NCBI GenBank assembly: GCA_903839895.1
Contig: CAIMDW010000004.1
Coordinates: 1 to 32,552 of the forward strand
Source of the DNA: Candidatus Staskawiczbacteria bacterium
Lineage (GTDB): Bacteria > Patescibacteriota > Minisyncoccia > Minisyncoccales > Staskawiczbacteraceae
Direction: 5' to 3'
DNA: 32,552 nt
Part shown: positions 14,654 through 24,131 of the stretch, one piece after another
Layout: each line of letters begins with the position of its first letter
Numbering within the stretch: position 1 is the stretch's first letter
The notes under the pieces: generated by a model
What the model saw: only the letters and a program-made list of their open reading frames with translations
Database searches by the model: none
Told to the model about the DNA's origin: nothing
Translations under genes and position numbers: made by a program

Positions 14654-15172
14654 ATGAATACTTTAGAAGATTTATACACGTTTGTAGACTTGGCAAAAGC
14701 GAATAGGAAATATCCTGAAAGCACGGCCAATAATTTAAAATCGGCGCTTAAAATATTTGAGAAAGATTTGAATGCTGGGGAAATAAAGTCTTTGCATTTA
14801 ATAGAAACAAATATAGATGGAATATTCCGCACTGTGGTGATAAATAACAAAGACAAAAGCATCGGGTCTTTAAACACTTACAAAGCCCGGCTAATCAGGG
14901 TTATAAATGATTTTAAAAGATACGGCCAAGATCCCGCCAAAATCCAGAACTGGACCGCAAAACCTAGGAATTCCACACCCCTGTCAATTAAAAAAGATAA
15001 ACAGGATAAAGAAAAGATAAACTTATCCGATTCCCACCACACCCCTGTGCATAAAATAGAACTGGCCTTAAACAAAGATTCCATAGCCACGATTATTGTG
15101 CCAAAGGGCATAAATAGGGAAGACATCAAGGCTATAAAAAGCGTTCTCGATTCACTAGTCAGTGACAAATAA
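14654..15172 (+). CDS. Hypothetical soluble protein whose N-terminal helical domain resembles an integrase core-binding (SAM-like) domain
   Basis: 172-aa ORF. YPESTANNLKSALKIF and KSIGSLNTYKARLIRVINDF echo the S-x-x-T-x-x-x-Y helices of SAM-like domains. No catalytic R-H-R-Y domain. Confidence 0.6.
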   Translation: MNTLEDLYTFVDLAKANRKYPESTANNLKSALKIFEKDLNAGEIKSLHLIETNIDGIFRTVVINNKDKSIGSLNTYKARLIRVINDFKRYGQDPAKIQNWTAKPRNSTPLSIKKDKQDKEKINLSDSHHTPVHKIELALNKDSIATIIVPKGINREDIKAIKSVLDSLVSDK

Positions 15173-15179
15173 TTATATC

Positions 15180-15212
15180 AACAAAAAACCGCCACTTGGG
15201 CGGTTTTTTGTT
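15180..15212. terminator. Bidirectional intrinsic terminator between the 172-aa gene and rny
   Basis: Perfect 14-bp stem AACAAAAAACCGCC/GGCGGTTTTTTGTT. Confidence 0.85.
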
Positions 15213-15213
15213 C

Positions 15214-16746
15214 TTACCTTGCGTATTCGATAACGCGGTTTTCGCGGATTACTACCACTTTGATTTCGCCGGGATATTTGAGTTCTTCTTCAATTTCAGC
15301 AGCAATGGATTTTGCCATTTTAATGGCTTGCAAATCGTCCACTCTGTCAGATTTTACGAAAACTCTTATTTCTCTGCCAGCCTGGATGGCGTAAGTTTTC
15401 TCCACGCCTTCAAACTTATTAGCAATGTCTTCTAAGTCCTTCAACCTTTGCAGGTAGTTTTCCATGCTGTCCTTCCTGGCGCCGGGCCTGGAGCTTGATA
15501 TTGCGTCAGCCACAGTGACAATCGTAGCTTCCAGAGTATCAGCAGGGTAATCGCCATGGTGGGCTCTCATAGCCTTTACAATGGCTTCAGACTCGCCGAA
15601 TTTCTCTAAAATCTTAATTCCAATTTCTATGTGCGAACCCTGTATTTGCTGGTCGATAGCTTTTCCAATATCGTGCAAAAGGCCGGCTCTTTTTGCCGCC
15701 TGCGGATTGGCGCCAATTTCTTCAGCAATTGTTTCAGCAATCAAAGCCACTTCCATTGAGTGCAAAAGCACATTTTGGCCATAGCTGGTCCTGTAATAAA
15801 GCCTTCCCAAAATTTGGATCAGTTTTTCGTTCAGCCCAATCACTCCCACATCGTAAGCTGCCTTGTCGCCAGCTTCTTTTATTTTAACCGAAATTTCAGC
15901 CTTTGCCTCTTCATATTTTTCTTCAATTTTTGCAGGCTGAATTCTGCCGTCGGCAATCAATTTATCCAAAGTCACTTTGGCAATTTGCCTTCTGATCGGG
16001 TTAAATCCCGAAATCACTACCGATTCTGGAGTTTCGTCTACAATAAGCTCAACTCCCGTGAGTTTTTCAAATGTCCTGATGTTTCGGCCTTCTTTTCCAA
16101 TTATCCTGCCTTTCAAATCTTCGTTGGCAAGAATAACAGTTGTAGTTGTCAGCTCCTGGCTTTGGGGAACTGCGCATTTTTGAATTGCCAAAGCCACAAT
16201 TTCTTTTGCCCTGCCTTGAAACTTTTCCTGGTTTCCTTCCTCCAATTTTTTCATTCGGTCTAAAATTTCTTTTTCGCTTTGCAATTCCACCAAAGCCAGC
16301 AATTCTTTCTTGGCGTCTTCGCGGGATAGGGAAGACACTTTTTCCAATTTTGTTTCGGCCTGATTCCTCAGCTCCTCCAAATTTTCCTTTATAGTTTTCA
16401 GCTTTTCTCCTTTTACCTGAAGCTCTTTGTCTTTTTCTTCAAAAGAAGTGATTCTCGAAGCCAGCAAGCTTTCCCTTTCCAGCAAAAGCTGCTGCGCTTT
16501 CAAAAACTCTTTTCTTCTTTCATCAACGTCCTTTTGGGTCTTCTCCAAAATTTCTGCAGACTTCTTTTCTGCATTTTTAACCAGCTCTGAAGTCTCTTGT
16601 TTCACATCTACTACTCTTTTTTGCAGCTTAGCCTCCAGCGTGCCAGCCCTTTTCTTGGCTATGCCTTGCCTGATGTAGTACCCCACAACTACGCCGGCCG
16701 ACAAAGACAAAACGGCAAAAATTCCTGCTATTAATGTTTGATCCAT
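15214..16746 (-). CDS. rny: Ribonuclease Y
   Basis: N-terminal TM, coiled coil, KH domain (KGRIIGKEGRNIR), HD domain (LLHDIGKA), ending YPGEIKVVVIRE. Start taken at ATG 16746. Confidence 0.97.
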   Translation of the reverse strand: MDQTLIAGIFAVLSLSAGVVVGYYIRQGIAKKRAGTLEAKLQKRVVDVKQETSELVKNAEKKSAEILEKTQKDVDERRKEFLKAQQLLLERESLLASRITSFEEKDKELQVKGEKLKTIKENLEELRNQAETKLEKVSSLSREDAKKELLALVELQSEKEILDRMKKLEEGNQEKFQGRAKEIVALAIQKCAVPQSQELTTTTVILANEDLKGRIIGKEGRNIRTFEKLTGVELIVDETPESVVISGFNPIRRQIAKVTLDKLIADGRIQPAKIEEKYEEAKAEISVKIKEAGDKAAYDVGVIGLNEKLIQILGRLYYRTSYGQNVLLHSMEVALIAETIAEEIGANPQAAKRAGLLHDIGKAIDQQIQGSHIEIGIKILEKFGESEAIVKAMRAHHGDYPADTLEATIVTVADAISSSRPGARKDSMENYLQRLKDLEDIANKFEGVEKTYAIQAGREIRVFVKSDRVDDLQAIKMAKSIAAEIEEELKYPGEIKVVVIRENRVIEYAR

Positions 16747-16818
16747 AAGTTTTATTTTAATACCAAATAAACTCACCGCTCAGTGAGTACGCATAAGATA
16801 TATTTATTTTCTTTGAGG

Positions 16819-17400
16819 TTACTTTCCGCCGATAACTTCGTCAATCAAGCCGTATTTTTTAGCTTCTTCTGCAGTCAAATAAAAATCCCGGTCGGTATCT
16901 TTTACCACCTTAGCCAAGGGCTGTCCTGTGTGGGAAGAGATAATTTTATTCAACTTTTCTTTCATATGCAAAATCTGCTTTGCAGTGATTTCAATGTCTG
17001 TGGCTTGCCCCTGCATGCCTCCTGCAACCTGGTGCAAAAGTATTTCAGCATTTGGCAAGGAAAACCGCTTTCCTTTGCTTCCTGCCGTCAAAATAACGGC
17101 CGCCATTGAGGCTGTAAGGCCTATACAAATGGTGGAAACGGGGCACTTTAAAAACTGCATTGTGTCATAAATGGCTAATCCGGCTGTAACTGAACCTCCT
17201 GGGCTGTTTATATAAAGCTTTATATCCCTTTTTGAGTCTTTGGAAGCCAGATAAAGCATCTGGGCGATTACCACGTTGGCGTTCATATCTGTAACCGGAC
17301 CCGCAAGAAAAATAATGCGCTCTTCTAAAAGCCTTGAAAATATATCGTATGCGCGCTCACCGCGCTGCGAACGTTCTACAATAGTTGGCACTATTGGCAT
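16819..17400 (-). CDS. clpP: ATP-dependent Clp protease proteolytic subunit
   Basis: [37 protein letters not shown] (Ser), LLHQ (His), [18 protein letters not shown]. Confidence 0.97.
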   Translation of the reverse strand: MPIVPTIVERSQRGERAYDIFSRLLEERIIFLAGPVTDMNANVVIAQMLYLASKDSKRDIKLYINSPGGSVTAGLAIYDTMQFLKCPVSTICIGLTASMAAVILTAGSKGKRFSLPNAEILLHQVAGGMQGQATDIEITAKQILHMKEKLNKIISSHTGQPLAKVVKDTDRDFYLTAEEAKKYGLIDEVIGGK

Positions 17401-17446
17401 TTACTTGTGTAATTTTTAATTTCTAATTACTAATACGCGTAACTTA

Positions 17447-18724
17447 TTAAGAAAGATTTTCCAGCAATTGGAAGATTTTTTCATTATGAATTACACCTTT
17501 AGTATACTCTTTCAGCTGATTTATGTCAATTTGGGCCAGCTGGTCTTTGGAATAGTTTTTTATCGATTTTTCCACTTCTTCCTGCACTTCTTTGTCGGAA
17601 ACCTCCACCTTTTCCTGCTTGCCTATTTCCCTCAAAACTAAAAAACCTCTCAGCCTCTTTTCGGCTTCTTTCTGGTAGGTTTCTTTCATTTCTTCTTCGG
17701 TCTTTTTAATGGAAGCCAAATACTGCTCGAAGCTTATTTTCAAATTCTGATTTATTCTGTTCTTCAAATCTGCCAGCAAGTTTTCCTTTTCATATTCCAC
17801 CATGGCTTCGGGCGTTTCAAACTTGGCGGACTCTGACACTTTATCCAAAATTTCGCTCCTTACTTTCTGTTTTTCAGCTTCCTTTTTTTCCATTGTTATG
17901 CCTTCTTTCATATTTTCTTTCAAGGCCAGCAAAGTATCGAAAGCTCCCAATTCTTTGGCAAACTCGTCATTTATCTCTGGCAACTCCATTTTTTGCACAG
18001 AAACCATTTTCACTTTGAAAATCCCTTCTTTGCCCGCCAAATCTTTCCTTGGGGAATTGTCCGGGAATTTCACGGCAATTTCTTTTTCGTCGCCCGCCTT
18101 CATGCCCGCAACTCCGTCTTCAAATCCTTGCATGAATCCTCCTTCCCCTAAAATGAATTTATCATCCACGTCTTTGCCTTCGTTTATGTCTTTATTCTGA
18201 TATTTTATTTCCACAAAGTCTTTTTTATCGGCCGCATCATTTTTCAAGGTGAATTTTGCCCTGGTTTTCTGCAAATAATTTATGGAATCTTGCACTTCTT
18301 CTTCGGTAACCGAAATGTCGGGGTACCCTTCGGGTCGTTTGATTTTTTTGACAATTTCCTTGTAATCTGGCAATTCAACTTCAGGCAAAACTGTTATGAC
18401 AGCTTTAAAGACAAAAGGATTTCCTTTGGCAATTTTAACAATGGAAACCTCCGGTTGCCCGACAGCTTCCAATTTGCTTTCACGGATATAATCTGTATAA
18501 ACGTGCTGGACGGCGTGGTCTCCAGCCTCCATAAGCAACGCTTCGGGCTTTATTTTGTCTTCCACCATTTTGGCCGGAGCTTTTCCTTCGCGGAATCCGT
18601 CAACTTTCACATGGTGCTTTAAATGCTCCAAAGCATGCTCTGAATGCTCAGCAAATTCCTCGGCTGTAAGCTCAAAAGTTATTTCTATTTGGCTCTTTGG
18701 CAATTTTTTTTGTTCTGCTTTCAT
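17447..18724 (-). CDS. tig: Trigger factor
   Basis: Ribosome-binding loop GFREGKAP, FKBP-like domain (GFEDGVAGMKAGDEK...LAGKEGIFKV), LPEINDEFAK. Upstream of clpP. Confidence 0.95.
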   Translation of the reverse strand: MKAEQKKLPKSQIEITFELTAEEFAEHSEHALEHLKHHVKVDGFREGKAPAKMVEDKIKPEALLMEAGDHAVQHVYTDYIRESKLEAVGQPEVSIVKIAKGNPFVFKAVITVLPEVELPDYKEIVKKIKRPEGYPDISVTEEEVQDSINYLQKTRAKFTLKNDAADKKDFVEIKYQNKDINEGKDVDDKFILGEGGFMQGFEDGVAGMKAGDEKEIAVKFPDNSPRKDLAGKEGIFKVKMVSVQKMELPEINDEFAKELGAFDTLLALKENMKEGITMEKKEAEKQKVRSEILDKVSESAKFETPEAMVEYEKENLLADLKNRINQNLKISFEQYLASIKKTEEEMKETYQKEAEKRLRGFLVLREIGKQEKVEVSDKEVQEEVEKSIKNYSKDQLAQIDINQLKEYTKGVIHNEKIFQLLENLS

Positions 18725-18752
18725 ATATTTTACTTAATAAAAAACTGCATTC

Positions 18753-18781
18753 AGTTTAGCAGAATTTAACCAAAACTTCAA
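18753..18781 (-). promoter_or_regulatory. sigma70-type promoter for tig-clpP-rny
   Basis: TTGAAG-17 nt-TAAACT with an extended -10 TG. Confidence 0.55.
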
Positions 18782-19966
18782 CTATTTAACGGGAAAAATA
18801 ATCATATAATTAGGGATTACCCCTCCTGTGTTCCTGATTTGCTCCCATTTGATTTGCTGAGGACCTAATTTATTTTCATCATTTGGCGTGGGGAATTCCT
18901 GGCAAGAAGTCCACAATCCCTCAGGATCATCTTTTTGCGGATTAAAATAAATTAGTAAAACCACATAATTTCCGTTTATTATTATTGAAGAAATATTTTC
19001 GCCGGCCAGAGACTGCTCTGTTCTGCTGGTGCAATTTCCATCTTTATCATATTTAACGCACTGCTTTTCGCTTTCTGGAACGTTTGTAAATTTTAAATCT
19101 CCAAGCGCTCGTATATAAAATGATTTGCCAAATCCTGTTTTAATTTCAGAATTTCCAACCTTTAAATATCCTCCGCTGGACTTATTGCATTGCGCAACCA
19201 AATCGTTAACATTACTGCTCAATATATTGTCAAAACATGATTTTCGATAAAAATAAACTCCGTCTCCATTTGGCTCTGGATTAAATTTATAAATTGAGGC
19301 AGAACTGGCAAATGGCGTAATATCTTGGCAATTTGCGTTCGGGTTAATATATTGGCATTTGCCCCAAAAATTCGTTTGTTCAAATAAAGTTGATATGTAA
19401 TAAGTATTATTTTCGACATCTGGTACAATATTAACAGAGTTTATTTGATTTCTTAAATCCTTTCCAAAATCGGCAACGCTGGATGTATAAGGATATGTGT
19501 TTGTCCCAGGGCAAGCATCTTTATAAAAATAAACTCCAGGTGAGCCTATTTTCACGGTCAATGATGTCGGAGGCGGCAGTTTTTCAAGCTTAAAAACATT
19601 CAATTGGGGATTTATCGTAGTTGCAATCAAATAAGTCAAAGTCAAAATCAGAAGTCCGGATATAGCGCTTACGACTCTTTCTTTCGCTTCAGATAAATAA
19701 CTGGAGTTTATCGGTGACAAAAGATATAAAACGCCAGCCCAAGCCAGCCCGATAAAAATCGCAAAGCTTCCCACAATCCAACCAACGTTTAAAATATATG
19801 TGACGAACGCGGGTAATTCTGTGGACGCTGTTACGCTATGCCCTGCGATTTCCGGATACACAGCTTCAAGAGTTACGGCTAAAACTTTATTTATTGCCAA
19901 AAACAAAATTAACAAAGCTGTCAAGCCCGTCTCCAATAAAATATTTTTTCCTTTTTTATTAAGCAT
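18782..19966 (-). CDS. T4SS pilin (VirB2/TrbC-like) domain fused to an ectodomain with beta/gamma-crystallin-like motifs
   Basis: Signal peptide (VLA), two hydrophobic helices around AGVLYLLS...EAKERVVSAISGLLIL...TINPQL, a Pro-rich linker, then NQINSVNIV...LFEQTNFWG. Confidence 0.75.
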   Translation of the reverse strand: MLNKKGKNILLETGLTALLILFLAINKVLAVTLEAVYPEIAGHSVTASTELPAFVTYILNVGWIVGSFAIFIGLAWAGVLYLLSPINSSYLSEAKERVVSAISGLLILTLTYLIATTINPQLNVFKLEKLPPPTSLTVKIGSPGVYFYKDACPGTNTYPYTSSVADFGKDLRNQINSVNIVPDVENNTYYISTLFEQTNFWGKCQYINPNANCQDITPFASSASIYKFNPEPNGDGVYFYRKSCFDNILSSNVNDLVAQCNKSSGGYLKVGNSEIKTGFGKSFYIRALGDLKFTNVPESEKQCVKYDKDGNCTSRTEQSLAGENISSIIINGNYVVLLIYFNPQKDDPEGLWTSCQEFPTPNDENKLGPQQIKWEQIRNTGGVIPNYMIIFPVK

Positions 19967-19968
19967 CA

Positions 19969-21540
19969 CTATTGCTCTGGATACACATAAACCCAGTTTA
20001 ATTTGTCATTTCCGTTTGCAACGAAAGAGCTTACGCCCAACCTTGGCACAGATCCATTTGTTGCCGAATAATCAGCATAGTCAAATGTCTGGCAATATAC
20101 CACGGGCCCGTTTGCTCTTGCGCACATATGATTCTCAACATCGCAAGTATAATCAGTTTGACCTGAATACCAATGACCCATCTGACAATCGCTATTCGTA
20201 TTACAGGTTACTAAAGAATAAAGCGCAACCAAATATTTTCCATTCAACCGCATAGATCCTGGACAATCCTGAAAATTTTCACAACCGTTTACAGAACAAA
20301 GATGAGTAATTGAATTGTATGGTTGGCCGGCAGCAGTATCAGTTTCCACGCATGTGCCTCTATCCATGCAGCTTTGGCCCCAATCCTTATAGCAATTTGA
20401 ATCATCGTTAGCTTCACATCCATAGCCGCGACAAAGTCCAACATATGGGTCGCAAGTTTCACTATGATAGAACAAGCTGGAACGGCAATCAGCATTGGTT
20501 TTACAAGAAGTACTATTATAACATGTGTAATTATTTTCGCATCTCCTATATTGCGCTTTCGACGGATCTAATCCTTTTTGGCATTTCGCATCGGTTGAGC
20601 ATGTATAATCAATGGTTTTGTTTTCTTTGCAAAAAGTCGGCGGGCAAGTAGCCCGTAATTCTTGCGCAACACCCGTTCCATTATAGTCATAACACATTTG
20701 TTCAGCTTTCATAATGTATGATCTATTGTTTGGCATATCTAGAGTTTTCACTATAAGCTCATTTGAAATATTCACTTTTCCGTTATTGAAATTCATATCC
20801 TTCACATTATCCCATGGACCGCTATAAAGGGTAACACCATTTCCAGATGAGGTTTTATTCGAAACGTTCAATCGGATAATAGTGAGTGACGCGCCAGCCG
20901 ATGGCTGACCTTCATAAAATGCGTTACAGCCTTCTTTAATTTGCGGCAGAATGCATTCTCCTCCATTTTGGTAACCCGCATTCCTGTGATAGATAACCCC
21001 ATAATAAATATCATTTGCCGGATCGTTTACGATCTTATAAGAAACCATTTTGCCAGGATATTGCGAAGGCAAATCGCCAGATGAAATAATTGGAGCAGAA
21101 GCATCGCCCTGGCAATTTTCCTGAAGATAAATATAAACACCCGATTTTGCTGACGGCGCAACAATTGATGGAGGATTTGTCAAAGCTTCAAATGGTAATT
21201 TTAATAAATTCGGGTCAATTGTTTTTATGATTGCAAAAGAAGCTAAAGTCAAAACCAGTCCCAAAACAGCGCTTTTCATCCTATCTTTTGCATCATTATG
21301 CGATTCAATATTCGGACTGATAAGCCCTACGGCCCCAATTACGAATGATATCAACGATAAAGCTCCGGCGACAGAAATGGCAAAACCGAAAATATAACTT
21401 ACATATTGGCCCAATGTCGGATTATCAGACAAGCCTGGCAATTTTACTTCCAAAGCCGCTAAAGCCATGCCTCCGCTTAATGATAAAAAGGCCACGCAAA
21501 ATAAAAACAGCAAATATTTCTTTTTATTTTTTTTAATCAT
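19969..21540 (-). CDS. T4SS pilin (VirB2/TrbC-like) domain fused to a Cys-rich ectodomain
   Basis: Signal peptide (ALA), GQYVSYIF...DAKDRMKSAVLGLVL...TIDPNL pilin block, about 27 Cys by hand count with C-x-T-[ND]-x-x-C units. Confidence 0.75.
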   Translation of the reverse strand: MIKKNKKKYLLFLFCVAFLSLSGGMALAALEVKLPGLSDNPTLGQYVSYIFGFAISVAGALSLISFVIGAVGLISPNIESHNDAKDRMKSAVLGLVLTLASFAIIKTIDPNLLKLPFEALTNPPSIVAPSAKSGVYIYLQENCQGDASAPIISSGDLPSQYPGKMVSYKIVNDPANDIYYGVIYHRNAGYQNGGECILPQIKEGCNAFYEGQPSAGASLTIIRLNVSNKTSSGNGVTLYSGPWDNVKDMNFNNGKVNISNELIVKTLDMPNNRSYIMKAEQMCYDYNGTGVAQELRATCPPTFCKENKTIDYTCSTDAKCQKGLDPSKAQYRRCENNYTCYNSTSCKTNADCRSSLFYHSETCDPYVGLCRGYGCEANDDSNCYKDWGQSCMDRGTCVETDTAAGQPYNSITHLCSVNGCENFQDCPGSMRLNGKYLVALYSLVTCNTNSDCQMGHWYSGQTDYTCDVENHMCARANGPVVYCQTFDYADYSATNGSVPRLGVSSFVANGNDKLNWVYVYPEQ

Positions 21541-21571
21541 ATTTTTGATTCTATTGTTTTATTTTACCTTA

Positions 21572-24115
21572 TTATTTCGTTACAGTCTCTTTTTGGCAAC
21601 AAAACCAATTATCTGTAAGATATAAACCAGAAACATTTCCCAGTTTTTGCCCATAGCATCCCGTATAATCCTTGCCATTGAATTTTATTTTCCTTGTGTT
21701 AATCGGAGGCATCAATTCATATAAAACCTTACTGCAACTAGATAGCGTTGTTTCAATTCCATAAATATTATTTTGTAAGCTGCAGCTATTTGTCTGTTTT
21801 CTAGAATAAGTCAGTTCCGCTAAGATTCCAGCAACCGTTTTCTTTATTTCTGCGCCGTTTATACTTGCGCTTGCCCGTATTAGCTGTTGTAAGTAAGTTA
21901 TAATTTGCTGGCATGAATTCTGCTGGTTTGGAATTAATGTGCAACTACACTTCTGCTGGCTATATTGGCAATTAGTAGTGCAAATTAATTGTTCTTTTTC
22001 GTCTAATGCATCCGATTTGCAATAATCCAAAATGACAGGATTATACACTGCATTCCCAATTTTTTTCATTAAGGCAATCAGCGAGTCAATACCATTAGAG
22101 CTGTTTATTGACTGCTCTGCCCAATTAATGGAATCGTCAACTGCTTGACCGAGTGGAATTTCCCTATTTGCAGGGCAATTATAGTTGGCCCCTAGAGGCG
22201 TAGAAGGAAGAGACCCCACGCTTGTACTATTATTCGCCCACCAATTGTCTTCGCAATAAAAAGTCAAAGGATCGTCATTGTATGAATATTGGTTACATTG
22301 AGTTCCAGCCGGGCAACTACAATTAGGGCAGTTTGAGCCTATTACTGTTCCTGTCTGATACGGCTGGCCTCTGTTTGAATAGTTATCAGATCCATTTTTG
22401 CATAGGTAAGAATTATTAAGGCAATAATTTGCATTCCCAGATTCATAATTAGGATCTGCGCTTTGGACACCGCAATATGCAAAAGCTTGCGCCTTTTGGG
22501 TGTTAAATAAGCAATTTGCAGGCTTATCTAACAGGCACTGTGAATCGCTATCGCATTGCTTTGCGCAAGAATCGTATTGTTCCGAGCATTTTGTAGGATC
22601 TAATTTTTCGCAATTTGTTTTGCAATCAGTCTGGCAAGAACTAATGCAATTGCCGAAATTTTGCGAAGCACCCGAACCGTTTACACAAGGCCGGTTGCTA
22701 TAAGCTGTTTGGATGCACTTTTCTTGATTTTCTAAACAAGCCTTGTCCTCTGGCTGGCAAAAACAACTTTTATAAACCTGCATAGCCTGATCTGAAGAAT
22801 CCGGACATGCATCGCTGCATTTTTTAAAGCAAGTAGAATTATCATAATTAAATCCAACGCAATATTTCGATGAATCTATGGGGGATTTGCTTATCGGATT
22901 TATAAATGGCTCCTTTAAAATGATTTTTTGTTCTTTTTTGGTTTGCTGGTAATTTTTTGTAAGATCTATATATGAAGCCGCCAATTTGCATTTATTTAAA
23001 GCGTTTACCGCCTGATTCAACATAAACTCATCTTCGTTGACAGATTTCTTTATCTCGCTTATTTTTATATTAAAATACATCATTTGCTGCAAAAGATTCA
23101 ATTTATTCCAATTGTCTTTATTTATTGTGTTTCCACTTTGAACAAAATTCTCAATATCATCACAGTTTGAATGGCCTCCTGAAATGGGGTTTGGGCACCT
23201 GAATTCATCCAATCCATGATATGTCACGGGTTTTGCATTGCAATTTGCATTTCCGTTGCTATTTTCAAATGTAACATCAACTGGTCCGTGTTCAATTTTA
23301 TCTTTTACTCCTTCAGGGCAACAATCTTTTGGGGTTGTATTAGAACAACCTGGTCCTGTACACGTACTGGTGCATTGATAATTTACATCATTAGAACAGT
23401 TATCTTTTGTAGGCTGATTGCAAATAATTTTTTTGTCGGAACCATTGGCATTCTCGCAAGAACATTGACTCATTAAATTATTTATTTCTTTTGATAAAGC
23501 GGAAACCGCTTTTGCTTTATTTTCGGCTCCCACGACTAATTGAGAAAGACAATCCGACCTGTCGTGATTGGCATATGCAGGACTGATAGGATTTCCTGAT
23601 GCGTCAAAACCGAAACAATAATCCATTGATTTAATCAGAAGGTTTTCTGTTAAAGTCCCAATAGGAATTTCCTTATACGTGGAAATTGGTATGCCATTAT
23701 AAGATGGCTGGCCGCCCAAAGAACCAAAATTTATAAAAGTTAAAATTCCAAATTTGCAGGAGGTAAGGCTGGAATTTATTGTAATTGCAATCAAAGAGGC
23801 TAAAAAACAAAGCAAAAATCCCGAGATACCAGCTTTAACCCATTCTTTAGCATCACTAGTGAATTTACCCCCAAGATAAGCAAGCAAATATTTGATTCCT
23901 CCATATGCAATGACAATCCCGGCAACCACATAAGCTGCATTCACAATGAATCCATAAATATAGCACACATAATCTCCAACATTGGAAGTCTCATTTACAG
24001 AATACCCTAAGATAGTGGGGTATTTAAGTTCTAAAGCTAAAACAAAACTGGCCTTCATTAAAAAGGCAAAAATAATTCCTAAAAAAATGAATATTTTTCG
24101 GGTTTTTTTTGCCAT
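21572..24115 (-). CDS. Giant T4SS pilin-domain protein with a very Cys-rich ectodomain
   Basis: Signal peptide (VLA), GDYVCYIY...YGGIKYL...DAKEWVKAGISGFLL...TINSSL pilin block, about 56 Cys by hand count in 847 aa. Confidence 0.75.
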   Translation of the reverse strand: MAKKTRKIFIFLGIIFAFLMKASFVLALELKYPTILGYSVNETSNVGDYVCYIYGFIVNAAYVVAGIVIAYGGIKYLLAYLGGKFTSDAKEWVKAGISGFLLCFLASLIAITINSSLTSCKFGILTFINFGSLGGQPSYNGIPISTYKEIPIGTLTENLLIKSMDYCFGFDASGNPISPAYANHDRSDCLSQLVVGAENKAKAVSALSKEINNLMSQCSCENANGSDKKIICNQPTKDNCSNDVNYQCTSTCTGPGCSNTTPKDCCPEGVKDKIEHGPVDVTFENSNGNANCNAKPVTYHGLDEFRCPNPISGGHSNCDDIENFVQSGNTINKDNWNKLNLLQQMMYFNIKISEIKKSVNEDEFMLNQAVNALNKCKLAASYIDLTKNYQQTKKEQKIILKEPFINPISKSPIDSSKYCVGFNYDNSTCFKKCSDACPDSSDQAMQVYKSCFCQPEDKACLENQEKCIQTAYSNRPCVNGSGASQNFGNCISSCQTDCKTNCEKLDPTKCSEQYDSCAKQCDSDSQCLLDKPANCLFNTQKAQAFAYCGVQSADPNYESGNANYCLNNSYLCKNGSDNYSNRGQPYQTGTVIGSNCPNCSCPAGTQCNQYSYNDDPLTFYCEDNWWANNSTSVGSLPSTPLGANYNCPANREIPLGQAVDDSINWAEQSINSSNGIDSLIALMKKIGNAVYNPVILDYCKSDALDEKEQLICTTNCQYSQQKCSCTLIPNQQNSCQQIITYLQQLIRASASINGAEIKKTVAGILAELTYSRKQTNSCSLQNNIYGIETTLSSCSKVLYELMPPINTRKIKFNGKDYTGCYGQKLGNVSGLYLTDNWFCCQKETVTK

Positions 24116-24131
24116 TGGCCAGCCAATGAAA

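Noticed and set aside
15214-18724. Absence of clpX after tig-clpP
   Set aside because: The tig-clpP-rny order without clpX is plausible ordinary gene order in reduced genomes, and the ATPase partner may be elsewhere.
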